Positions 1 through 9,023 of a stretch of DNA of 64,000 bases are shown piece by piece. The translations under genes and the position numbers were made by a program. Within the stretch, counting starts at the first letter, position 1. Every line of letters starts with the position of its first letter. Source of the DNA: Alphaproteobacteria bacterium (GTDB lineage Bacteria; Pseudomonadota; Alphaproteobacteria; UBA7887); the NCBI GenBank assembly GCA_965216755.1, contig CBDCGL010000011.1, positions 2,784,001-2,848,000 on the forward strand. Reading direction: 5' to 3'. The notes beneath the pieces were generated by a model that saw only the letters and a program-made list of their open reading frames with translations, did no database searches and was not told the origin of the DNA.

Positions 1-1163
1 GCAAGCGCCGCAACCAGGCCGGCGGCGGCCATCGCCGCCATGATCAAAAACGCCGATGACGGCCGCATGTCATAAGCGGCGCCGGCGGCCATGGTCGCCA
101 CGGCGAACACAATTCCCATGGCCACCGCCGCGTATAGGGCCTGCGCCGTCGCCGAAACAGCTTCCGGTACCGCCCGCTGCAAGAAATGCATAGCCGCCAA
201 ATGGGTCGCACCAAAAGTGAGCGCGTGCAGGGCTTGGACGACCACCAGCACGGCCAGATCGTGGCTGCCGGCCATCACCAGCCAACGCGCCACCGCCGCA
301 ACGCCGGCGACAACAAACAAGCGCCCGATGCCGATCCGGCGCACCACGGCGCCACTGAACGCGAACAGCAGCACTTCGGCGGCCACGCCCTCGGCCCACA
401 AAAAGCCGATCATGCCGTCGGTCAGGCCGGCGGCGCGCCAATGGATTGTGGAAAACCCGTAATAGGCCGCGTGACTCGATTGGATCAGGCTGGCCGCCAC
501 TAGAAACACGATGAACACCGGCGCCCGCAACAGGCGGCCGCTGTGACGGTGACGAGGCCGCGGCCGGGGCACACGCACGTCCGGCAACAGCAGACACACG
601 CCGGCACCGAGCGCGAACGCCGCCAGCAAAAGCCACAGGATCAGGTCGTCGGAGCGCCCGGCAAGCAGCATGCCGCCACCCGACGCGCCGGCCATGAACG
701 TCAACGATCCCCACAGGCGGATGCGGCCATAGTCCATGTTGCGGCTGCGGCAGGCGATCATAGTCATGTTCTCGCCCAGCGGCATCAGCGGCGAAAATGT
801 CGCGCCGACCAACATGGCAATCGACACCATGGTCCAGAAGTCGGCGGCGACGATATACAGGCTCATGGTCAGCCAGGCGGCCAGCGCGAGGCCGATCATC
901 ATGTGGCGGCGGGCCCCGGTGCGGTCGGCCAGATGGGCGGCGAGCGGGCTCGCGACGATTTTTGTCCAGGTGCCAACCGACAGCAAAATGCCGATTTCGG
1001 CCGCGTCGAGCCCGCGGCTGCTCAACCAGGCCGGCCAGAACGGCATGTAAAGGCCGATGATCAGGAATGCGGCGCCGTAAAAGGCCGCCAAGCGCCAATT
1101 GAGCGGCACCGGCAGCCGGTCAACCAAATGTACGACGGCCGCCGGATCACGCACGCCGGTCAT
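1..1163 (-). CDS. MFS transporter, HcaT/MFS_1_like family (runs off the window start)
   Basis: Own translation from ATG at 1163: MTGVRD...RLAAFYGAAFLIIGLYMPFWPAWL...DYGRIRLWGS...QSSHAAYYGFSTIHW...LWAEGVAAEV...QALHALTFGATHL. These are HcaT-like motifs. Not in the ORF track because its stop lies outside the window. Confidence 0.88.
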   Translation of the reverse strand, partial: MTGVRDPAAVVHLVDRLPVPLNWRLAAFYGAAFLIIGLYMPFWPAWLSSRGLDAAEIGILLSVGTWTKIVASPLAAHLADRTGARRHMMIGLALAAWLTMSLYIVAADFWTMVSIAMLVGATFSPLMPLGENMTMIACRSRNMDYGRIRLWGSLTFMAGASGGGMLLAGRSDDLILWLLLAAFALGAGVCLLLPDVRVPRPRPRHRHSGRLLRAPVFIVFLVAASLIQSSHAAYYGFSTIHWRAAGLTDGMIGFLWAEGVAAEVLLFAFSGAVVRRIGIGRLFVVAGVAAVARWLVMAGSHDLAVLVVVQALHALTFGATHLAAMHFLQRAVPEAVSATAQALYAAVAMGIVFAVATMAAGAAYDMRPSSAFLIMAAMAAAGLVAAL

Positions 1164-1247
1164 CGTGCACCGCCGCGCTCGACAGTCGACGGCGCTTCCG
1201 GCAAGGTTGCGACGACGGCCACAGAGACGGGGCTTGAGGACCGACCG

Positions 1248-4040
1248 ATGACCCAGACCGCAACCGCAGCAGCGCCGGCCGCGCCCGATGCCAAGGATTC
1301 GCGCCATATATTCCTGGTCGATGGCTCAGGGTTCATATTTCGTGCCTATCACGCCCTGCCGCCCCTGACCCGCGCCGACGGCACACCGGTGGGCGCGGTG
1401 ATGGGTTTCGCCAACATGCTGCACAAGCTGATGCGCGAAAGCGACTGCGACGCGATTGTCGTGCTGTTCGACACCGCGCGGACGTCGTTTCGCAATGATA
1501 TTTATGCCGATTATAAGGCCAATCGGCCCGATCCGCCGGAAGATTTGATCCCCCAATTTCCCTTGATTCGCGAGGCGACCCGCGCCTTTGGCCTCCCGGC
1601 GATCGAGCTCAACGGCTATGAAGCCGATGATTTGATTGCCACCTATGCACAGCAGGCGCGCACCCGCGGCGATCGGGTGACGATTGTCTCCAGCGATAAG
1701 GACCTGATGCAGCTGGTCGGCGGCGCCATCGACATGCTCGACCCGATGAAGATGCGCAACATCGGACCCGACCAAGTGGTCGAGAAGTTTGGCGTGCCAC
1801 CCGAAAAGGTCATCGAGGTTCAGGCTTTGGCCGGCGATTCGATCGACAATGTGCCCGGCGTGCCCGGTATCGGCGTCAAGACCGCGGCGATGCTGATCAA
1901 CGACTATGGCGACTTAGACACGCTGTTGGCCCGCGCCGAGGAGATCAAACAACCCAAACGGCGCCAGAACTTGATCGAGCACGCAGACATGGCGCGCATC
2001 AGCCGCGATCTGGTGCGCCTCAAAGACGACGTACCCGTTGCGCAAGATATCGGCAGTTTCGCCAAGTCGGAACCCGATTCGGAAACATTGCGCGCATTTT
2101 TGGCCGAGCAAGGCTTCAAGAATTTGCTGTCGCGGATCGAGTCCGAGGCCGGTCTTTCCCCCGCTGACGCCGCGCCGCCGGCCGCTCCTGAGCAAGCCGA
2201 CTATGAGCTTGTGCAAAACGAGGCCAACCTGGCGCGCTGGATCGACGACGCGCGCGCCGCCGGCTTCGTCGCCGTCGACACCGAGACGACGTCGCTGGAC
2301 GCCATGCAAGCGGAACTGGTCGGCGTGTCCTTGGCCATCACCGCCGGTCGCGCCTGCTATGTTCCGCTCGGCCACCGCGCGCCCGAGGGCGACCTCGCCA
2401 CCGCCGCCGATCCACCCCAGCAGATTCCGCTGGCAAAGGCCCTGGCTCTGCTCAAATCTCTGCTGGAAGATCCGGCGGTGCTTAAGATTGGTCAAAATCT
2501 CAAATACGATATGCTGGTGCTGGCGCGCCCGCCCTATGACATCGACGTCGCGCCGATTGACGACACGATGCTGCTGTCGTTCGTGCTCGATGCCGGCCAG
2601 CACGGCCACGGCATGGACGAGTTGTCGCAACGCTATTTAGACCACAAACCGATCGCCTACAAAGAGGTGGTCGGCACCGGCAAAGCGCAGATCACCTTCG
2701 ATCACGTGCCTCTTGACGCCGCGCGCGACTATGCCGCCGAGGATGCCGACATCACCCTGCGTTTGTATCAGCATTTGAAACCGCGCCTGATCACCGAGCG
2801 CATGGTTACGGTTTACGAAACCCTGGAACGGCCGCTGGCGCCCGTCTTGGTGGCCATGGAAAGGGCTGGCATTTGCGTCGATCGGGCGACACTGGCCGGC
2901 CTGTCGCTGGACTTCGCGACTCGGATGACAGCCTTGGAAGAACAGATCTATGGCTTGGCCGGACGGCCCTTTGCGATCGGCTCACCAAAACAACTCGGCG
3001 AGATTTTGTTCGACGAAATGAGCCTACCCGGCGGCAAGAAAACCAAGACCGGCGCCCATGGCACCGGCGCCGACGTTTTGGAAGGCCTGGCCGCGCAAGG
3101 TCACGACTTACCCGCCCGGGTGCTGGAGTGGCGCCAGTTGAGTAAACTGAAAAGCACCTATACCGACGCCTTGGTGACCCAGATCAATCCGGATACGGGG
3201 CGCGTGCACACGTCTTATGCCATGGCCGGTGCGGCCACCGGCCGGCTGGCGTCGACCGATCCCAACTTGCAGAACATCCCGGTCCGCACCGAAGAGGGCC
3301 GCAAGATCCGCCGCGCGTTTGTCGCCACCCCCGGCTGCGTGCTAGTCAGCGCCGATTATTCGCAAATCGAGCTTCGGCTCTTGGCGCATGTGGCCGATAT
3401 CGCGGCGCTGCGCGATGCGTTCCGCGACGGCATCGACATTCATGCCTTGACCGCGTCGCAGGTGTTCGACGTGCCGGTCGCCGACATGGATCCGATCGTG
3501 CGGCGCAGCGCCAAAGCGATCAATTTCGGCATCATCTATGGGATCAGTGCGTTCGGGCTCGGCCAACAATTGGGCGTGCCGCAAAAAGAGGCGAAGCAAT
3601 ACATAGAGGCCTATTTCGCACGCTATCCCGGGATTAAGGACTATATGGACCGAACCAAGGCGCTGGCGCGCGCGCAGGGCTATGTGACCACCCTGTTCGG
3701 GCGGCGCTGCCATTTGAGCGGCATCAAGGACCGCAACGCGGCCCGGCGCGGCTTTGCCGAACGCCAAGCGATCAACGCGCCCCTGCAAGGCGCCGCAGCC
3801 GATATCATCAAGCGCGCCATGATCCGCATGCCGGCGGCTTTGCGAAAGCGAAATCTGGACGCGCGCATGCTGTTGCAAGTCCATGACGAATTGGTGTTCG
3901 AAGTGCCGACGGAACAGGTCGAGGAGACCCGCGCGGCGGTCAAGCACGTGATGGAAAACGCGCCGGCGCCGGCGCTGGCGCTATCGGTGCCCCTTACCGT
4001 CGATGTCGGTGTCGGCGACAATTGGGACGACGCGCATTAG
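1248..4040 (+). CDS. polA: DNA polymerase I
   Basis: LVDGSGFIFRAYHA (5'-3' exonuclease), DTETTS (3'-5' exonuclease), SADYSQIELR, KAINFGIIYG, LQVHDEL. ATG 1248 follows a GAGGA RBS. Confidence 0.98.
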   Translation: MTQTATAAAPAAPDAKDSRHIFLVDGSGFIFRAYHALPPLTRADGTPVGAVMGFANMLHKLMRESDCDAIVVLFDTARTSFRNDIYADYKANRPDPPEDLIPQFPLIREATRAFGLPAIELNGYEADDLIATYAQQARTRGDRVTIVSSDKDLMQLVGGAIDMLDPMKMRNIGPDQVVEKFGVPPEKVIEVQALAGDSIDNVPGVPGIGVKTAAMLINDYGDLDTLLARAEEIKQPKRRQNLIEHADMARISRDLVRLKDDVPVAQDIGSFAKSEPDSETLRAFLAEQGFKNLLSRIESEAGLSPADAAPPAAPEQADYELVQNEANLARWIDDARAAGFVAVDTETTSLDAMQAELVGVSLAITAGRACYVPLGHRAPEGDLATAADPPQQIPLAKALALLKSLLEDPAVLKIGQNLKYDMLVLARPPYDIDVAPIDDTMLLSFVLDAGQHGHGMDELSQRYLDHKPIAYKEVVGTGKAQITFDHVPLDAARDYAAEDADITLRLYQHLKPRLITERMVTVYETLERPLAPVLVAMERAGICVDRATLAGLSLDFATRMTALEEQIYGLAGRPFAIGSPKQLGEILFDEMSLPGGKKTKTGAHGTGADVLEGLAAQGHDLPARVLEWRQLSKLKSTYTDALVTQINPDTGRVHTSYAMAGAATGRLASTDPNLQNIPVRTEEGRKIRRAFVATPGCVLVSADYSQIELRLLAHVADIAALRDAFRDGIDIHALTASQVFDVPVADMDPIVRRSAKAINFGIIYGISAFGLGQQLGVPQKEAKQYIEAYFARYPGIKDYMDRTKALARAQGYVTTLFGRRCHLSGIKDRNAARRGFAERQAINAPLQGAAADIIKRAMIRMPAALRKRNLDARMLLQVHDELVFEVPTEQVEETRAAVKHVMENAPAPALALSVPLTVDVGVGDNWDDAH

Positions 4041-4080
4041 TCTATCTGGGTTGCGGATTTTCGTGAAAGGAGGGCCCGAG

Positions 4081-5067
4081 TTGCGAACCACCATTTCATT
4101 GTGGCTGGCGATAGGCCTGAGTCTTGCCGTGACCGTAAGGAGCGGCGTGGCGGAGACCGCCTCGGACATTTTGAATGGCGTTGTCGGTTTGCGCACGGAA
4201 ATCCCGGCCAGCGCCCGTACGGCGCGCATGCTGGGGACCGAGCGCGACGGCAGCGGCATTGTCATCGACAGCGACGGCTTAGTGCTGACGATCGGCTATT
4301 TGATCCTGGAAGCCATGGCCGCCCAGGTGATCGACGTCGATGGTCGCATCGTGCCGGCCGACATTCTCGCCTATGACTATGACACCGGGTTCGGTTTGTT
4401 GCGGGCCCAACAGCCGTTAACGGCCAAACCGTTGCGTTTCGGCCGCTCGCAAGACATCGAGGCCGGCATGCCGGTTCTGGCCGTGGCCCACGGCGGCTCA
4501 GAGGCGGTGGTCGCCACCTATGTGACCTCGCGCGACGAGTTTGTCGGCTATTGGGAGTATTTGCTGGACAGTGCCATCTTCACTGCGCCGCCGCACACGC
4601 ACTATGCGGGCGCGGCGCTGATCGGCGATGACGGCCGGTTGTTGGGCGTTGGCTCACTGTATGTCAACGATCCTGGCCCAAACGACGAGCGGCGGCCCGG
4701 CAATATGTTTGTGCCCATCGCGCTCTTGCGGCCGATCCTGGCAGACCTGCTCGTCAATGGTCGGTCGTCGGCCCCACCGCGGCCCTGGCTCGGCATGTTC
4801 TCGCGCCAAATCGGCCAACATGTCGTGGTCAGTCGGGTTTTGCCAGAAGGCCCGGCCGCGGAAGCGGGAATTGATGTGGGCGATTTGGTGGTCGGCGTCG
4901 GCAAAGACAAAGTGACCGATCTTGCCGACATGTTTCGCAAAGTGTGGGCCTTGGGCGATGCCGGCGTCTCAGTTCCTCTCGTCATTCTGCGCGACGGCGG
5001 TCTGCAGCCGGTCACGGTGAAATCGGGCGACCGGTATGATTATTTACGTATGAACCCGACCTACTGA
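4081..5067 (+). CDS. Exported S1C/HtrA-like trypsin domain + PDZ protein, catalytic residues degenerate
   Basis: Signal-like N-terminus, GSGIVIDSDGLVLTIGYL, C-terminal PDZ (RPWLG...GPAAEAGIDVGD). TTG start at 4081 after AAGGAGG is inferred. Confidence 0.8.
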   Translation: MRTTISLWLAIGLSLAVTVRSGVAETASDILNGVVGLRTEIPASARTARMLGTERDGSGIVIDSDGLVLTIGYLILEAMAAQVIDVDGRIVPADILAYDYDTGFGLLRAQQPLTAKPLRFGRSQDIEAGMPVLAVAHGGSEAVVATYVTSRDEFVGYWEYLLDSAIFTAPPHTHYAGAALIGDDGRLLGVGSLYVNDPGPNDERRPGNMFVPIALLRPILADLLVNGRSSAPPRPWLGMFSRQIGQHVVVSRVLPEGPAAEAGIDVGDLVVGVGKDKVTDLADMFRKVWALGDAGVSVPLVILRDGGLQPVTVKSGDRYDYLRMNPTY

Positions 5068-5157
5068 CGGGCTATAAGCGGAGCGGTTCATGATCGGCGA
5101 TCGCCGTGGTGTGCCCGGCAGGGGCGTGCCGCCGTATCGCCCAACCGAATCGGCAAG

Positions 5158-6120
5158 ATGTCAATGACACTTCACCAATTGCGCATTTTTTGGGCCGTGG
5201 CCCACGCCAAGTCGTTCACAAAAGCGAGCAAACTCTTAGGCCTGGCGCAACCGTCGCTGTCCCAGCAGATCTCCAAATTGGAAGAGGACATCGGCACGCA
5301 GCTGTTCAATCGCACGCGCAACGAAATGGACCTCACCGATGCCGGGCGTTTCCTGGCCCGCAAGGCCGAACTGATCTTGTCGGGTGTGGAGGAAGCGACC
5401 GTCGGATTGAAGGAATTTGCCGAAGGCACGCGTGGCGTAATCGCACTGGGCGCACTGAGCTCGATCGCGCGCAACGTCGTGCCGCCGGCGGTTCACCGCC
5501 TGGCCGAAGCGTTTCCCGAACTAGAGCTGGATATCCACGAAACGCCGCCGGCGGAGGCGATTGACCTGCTTTATGGGCGCCGATTGACGATGGCGCTGTT
5601 GGCAACCGATTCGTTTGCCCAAGCCAGTTCATCGTTCCACCAAACGGAAGTCTTCGCCGATCCTTACGTGCTGGCGGTGCCGCGTGGCATCGACCTGGCT
5701 GAAGTGCAAGACGTTGCTACCGATCTGGACGAGCCAGAGCGGATGGTGATCAACAGCACCATCCAATTCAATTTCGGCAGCCAGCATAAGCGACGCATTG
5801 AAGAATGGTACCAAACGGTGCTGCCGCATTATCGCGTTGTCGGCCAATCGCGAACCTATGAAGTCGCGTTGTCGATGGTGCAAGAAGGTCTGGGCGTGGC
5901 CGTGGTGCCGGCCCTGACCGCGGCCTTGGGCCCGGGCCTCACGTTTGATGTGACACTGTATGCGACCACTCTACCCGATCGGCAAGTCGTCGCGTTGACA
6001 CCGTCCCAGTATGTGCGGGTCGAGCCGTATGCGCGCCTCTTGGAGATCTTGGATAAGGTCGGCAAAGCCCTCGTTTTGCCCAAGATCGAACCACTACCAC
6101 CATTGCTCAAACATCTTTAA
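5158..6120 (+). CDS. LysR-family transcriptional regulator
   Basis: TLHQLRIF...SFTKAS..LGLAQPSLSQQISKLEEDIG...LTDAG helix-turn-helix followed by a substrate-binding domain. Confidence 0.95.
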   Translation: MSMTLHQLRIFWAVAHAKSFTKASKLLGLAQPSLSQQISKLEEDIGTQLFNRTRNEMDLTDAGRFLARKAELILSGVEEATVGLKEFAEGTRGVIALGALSSIARNVVPPAVHRLAEAFPELELDIHETPPAEAIDLLYGRRLTMALLATDSFAQASSSFHQTEVFADPYVLAVPRGIDLAEVQDVATDLDEPERMVINSTIQFNFGSQHKRRIEEWYQTVLPHYRVVGQSRTYEVALSMVQEGLGVAVVPALTAALGPGLTFDVTLYATTLPDRQVVALTPSQYVRVEPYARLLEILDKVGKALVLPKIEPLPPLLKHL

Positions 6121-6300
6121 ATAATTGAAAATATGAGACAAACGTCGTTCCGCGCGAGACATTGGAAATCGCAATAGCGGCTATAGAATGACCCTTTGCA
6201 GAGGCCTGATAGGTTGGCGTCTGTGATTTGCGGTGAACGGCGCCGACGAGCGTAACAGCCGCGAACGGTGTGTTAAACGCGCAAGCCAGGAGTGGGCACC

Positions 6301-6375
6301 ATGTGGACGAAGCCTGTTGTAGTTGAGTTGGCCGTTGGTCTTGAGATTAACTGCTACGCCTGCGCCGAGCTGTAA
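6301..6375 (+). CDS. pqqA: Pyrroloquinoline quinone precursor peptide PqqA (24 aa)
   Basis: Translation MWTKPVVVELAVGLEINCYACAEL*: W-x-x-P leader and G-x-E-x-x-x-Y core. AGGAG RBS upstream and intrinsic terminator downstream. Confidence 0.9.
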   Translation: MWTKPVVVELAVGLEINCYACAEL

Positions 6376-6404
6376 GAGCCGGATCAGGTTTCCAAGAAGT
6401 TTCG

Positions 6405-6440
6405 CAAACCGCCGGGTGGATCACCCGGCGGTTTGTTTTT
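6405..6440 (+). terminator. Rho-independent terminator of pqqA
   Basis: CAAACCGCCGGGTG-gat-CACCCGGCGGTTTG perfect 14-bp stem followed by TTTTT. Confidence 0.88.
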
Positions 6441-6485
6441 GTGCCCACACTACAAGAACGTAGACCACTGCGATAAGTTCAGTTA

Positions 6486-6594
6486 TTTCGGTGATTTCGG
6501 TGACAGTTTACTAAATACACAACATATCGCGTTTCGGCATTTTCATTCCTCAATACTTTGTGTATTTAGTAAACTGTCACCGAAATCACCGAAA
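6486..6594. repeat. Perfect 37-bp inverted repeat with 35-nt spacer (REP/REPIN- or MITE-like)
   Basis: TTTCGGTGATTTCGGTGACAGTTTACTAAATACACAA (6486-6522) and its exact reverse complement (6558-6594). AT-rich compared with the flanks. Confidence 0.9.
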
Positions 6595-6599
6595 CAAAG

Positions 6600-9023
6600 T
6601 CACAATCCTCGGCGCCACGTTAGCGCGGCAACCGCATAGAGGATGACCGCCAGCAAAACCACCGCCGAAAAGCCGAATTCGATCGCGAGCAAAGTCGCCA
6701 AAACAGCGCTCACCACAGAGGCGCAGCCATTAATCCCCCAGGCCCACGGGACAAGATGCGGCAGTTCATGCCCGACTTGCGCCAAACCAAGGGGGAATGG
6801 CATGCCCATAAAAAACGCCAGCGGTGCAATCGCGAGCAAAACCAAAGGAACCTTTACAGAGACCGGTAGGGTGATCAGCCAGTGGGTCACCGGCCCCAGT
6901 GCAATCAGATAAACAACCGCGATAACCGAAATCACCCCAATCGATACGTCGACTGCCGTCAAGCGACCTGTGTCCGGCATGTACGCGGCCAAGCGCGGGC
7001 TCATCCCGGCGCCTAAACCCGCGAAGACAAGAAACGCCGCCAGCACCACCGCGACGGCGTAAATGGGATGGCCGAGGAACAGTGTCAGGCGTTGAATGAA
7101 GGCCATCTCTACAAACAGAAAGGCCAGCCCGAGAGCGACAAAATAGATCGCGACCCGTCCGGCGCCGCCGCGCACGATAGCCGCATTGCGACGCCACACG
7201 ACAAGCGGCAACAGGATCAGCACGATGCTGACCGCGCAGGCCTGCACCAACGTCAGTACAAGAATGATATGGCCCCACTCGATCAATGGCATGGTCCCTT
7301 GACGACTCAGCGCCAACAACTCCGGTAGTGCATTCCACTTAAGAAAATCATGAAGAAATGGGCGATCGTCGCGTGCGGGGCGCAAATCGAATTTATAGTC
7401 GGCTAAGAACCTCTGGTGTCGCGATCCCAGAAGCGCTGTCGCGCCGTCGTACAAGTCGGGCTCATCAAGAATATTGAATCGATTGGCCTGGTTGCGTGCC
7501 AAACCAGGTGCATAGGTCATGTCGAATCCGCGCGTTTCGGCAAATTGGCCAGCCGCTTCGACCTCCTTTGTTGTCAACGTGCCTCGTTTCACCAGCAGCA
7601 CGACGCTCTTGATGCCACGGATCATCAGCAAACTCTGGCGCGGGTTCGCGGCCGCGACCCGGTGCAGTGCCTCGATCGCCGTCGCCAGCAGCTTCAACGC
7701 CATGCGCGGCGGCGGTTCGAACGGTGCATCAATGGCCAAGAAGCCACCATCGTTCAGGTGTTCAAGATAACCGACGAAGGCTTCGACCGTGGCGCCGTAA
7801 GTCTCTTGCAAACTGCCAAACCCGCCGGCCGTCGCACCGGTCAATGGCAGCCGGATCAAATCAAACCGATGGTCGGCGAGAGCCAGGGCGCCGCGCGCAT
7901 CCGCTATGTGGAATCGCGTACGCGGGATGTCATACACATGTCCGGCATAGTCGGCAAAGCGCGCACGCAGCAACGACGTCACACCGACGTCCGGTTCGGC
8001 AATCTCCACGGTTCGGGCGTCGTGCCGGCGCGCCAGCAGCACTTCGTCAGCAGCTGCGGTGCTGAGCAGCAATACACTTGGTTGCACAAGCAAATGATAG
8101 GGCAGCGCGCGGGTCGTGAAATCGAGATAGGCGACCTTTTCGAGGTCGCCATCAAATCGCGTTATGGCGGCAGTGAAGTTGCCATCGATGAATAGACCCA
8201 ATTGCGCGGCCGGCGGGACAGGGCCCACCAAGCTCAAACCTGGTGCGTGGCGGAATGGTACCTCGGGGCTGCGCACGACCGCCAGCCGACCGAGCGGGCT
8301 GGATTGCTCGTGAATCACTTCGGCGCCGGGCACATGCTGCGCGTAGCTGAGGTCTTTGTATGGCGATAGCTTCGCCATGAACGTCTCAGCCGGTTCGCGC
8401 CACGCAACCATCGCGCCGCACGCAACGATGGCTATGGCCCACCATCTGAAAGCACCATGGCTGTCGCGCAATACGACGAGCGTGGCGGCACCGAAACCGA
8501 CAACAATCAGCCACCGCATCGCATCGCCCGCGGGTAACAGAAACAGCAAGGCCGTGATCGCGGCCGCTCCGGCGCCGGCGCCGGTGAGGTCGTAGCGATA
8601 GACACGCGCGACCGGCGCATTCGCCTCGCCGCCGCCGTGACGCATGAACGACAGGCCAATACAACTCGCCGCACAAAAAAACGGCACCATCAGCACCAAA
8701 TAGGTCCAAAGCAGTTCGATCGCCTGGCCCGGATCCCAAGCCAATTCAAAGGGGTTGATAATAATGTTGCGGGCCACCGAAAAACCATATGCCGCACTCA
8801 GCCCGAACAGTGCGGCGAAGACACCCCACGCTAATTCATAGTGTACCATCAGGCGCGCACGCGCCAAGGCCAGGAATGTCCCGCTGGCGCCATAGCCGAG
8901 CAAGGCAATGGAGATGATCATATAAGCGAAATGGTGCCATTGGCCGGCGGCGTAGAGCCGCATGAGCAGGATTTCGTAAGCGATGGCGCCGGCCGAAACC
9001 AACGAGATCGCCAGGAATGGCAC
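6600..9023 (-). CDS. Multi-pass membrane protein with central spermidine-synthase-like (class I SAM-dependent fold) domain
   Basis: YEILLMR...HHFAYMIISIALLGYGASG TM region, SSPLG, ADARG, TVEAF, DDRPF, LGLAFLFVE, WAWGINGCASV. GTG start abuts the pcm stop. Confidence 0.8.
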   Translation of the reverse strand: MPFLAISLVSAGAIAYEILLMRLYAAGQWHHFAYMIISIALLGYGASGTFLALARARLMVHYELAWGVFAALFGLSAAYGFSVARNIIINPFELAWDPGQAIELLWTYLVLMVPFFCAASCIGLSFMRHGGGEANAPVARVYRYDLTGAGAGAAAITALLFLLPAGDAMRWLIVVGFGAATLVVLRDSHGAFRWWAIAIVACGAMVAWREPAETFMAKLSPYKDLSYAQHVPGAEVIHEQSSPLGRLAVVRSPEVPFRHAPGLSLVGPVPPAAQLGLFIDGNFTAAITRFDGDLEKVAYLDFTTRALPYHLLVQPSVLLLSTAAADEVLLARRHDARTVEIAEPDVGVTSLLRARFADYAGHVYDIPRTRFHIADARGALALADHRFDLIRLPLTGATAGGFGSLQETYGATVEAFVGYLEHLNDGGFLAIDAPFEPPPRMALKLLATAIEALHRVAAANPRQSLLMIRGIKSVVLLVKRGTLTTKEVEAAGQFAETRGFDMTYAPGLARNQANRFNILDEPDLYDGATALLGSRHQRFLADYKFDLRPARDDRPFLHDFLKWNALPELLALSRQGTMPLIEWGHIILVLTLVQACAVSIVLILLPLVVWRRNAAIVRGGAGRVAIYFVALGLAFLFVEMAFIQRLTLFLGHPIYAVAVVLAAFLVFAGLGAGMSPRLAAYMPDTGRLTAVDVSIGVISVIAVVYLIALGPVTHWLITLPVSVKVPLVLLAIAPLAFFMGMPFPLGLAQVGHELPHLVPWAWGINGCASVVSAVLATLLAIEFGFSAVVLLAVILYAVAALTWRRGL

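Noticed and set aside
70-1098. 342-aa minus-strand ORF
   Set aside because: Wrong frame. The real MFS protein is in another minus frame whose stop lies outside the window.
543-1247. 235-aa N-terminal extension of PolA in the ORF track
   Set aside because: It is antisense to the MFS gene. PolA homology and the RBS start at 1248.
6433-6639. 68-aa ORF across the palindrome
   Set aside because: TTG start inside the terminator, no RBS, and it merely translates the inverted repeat.
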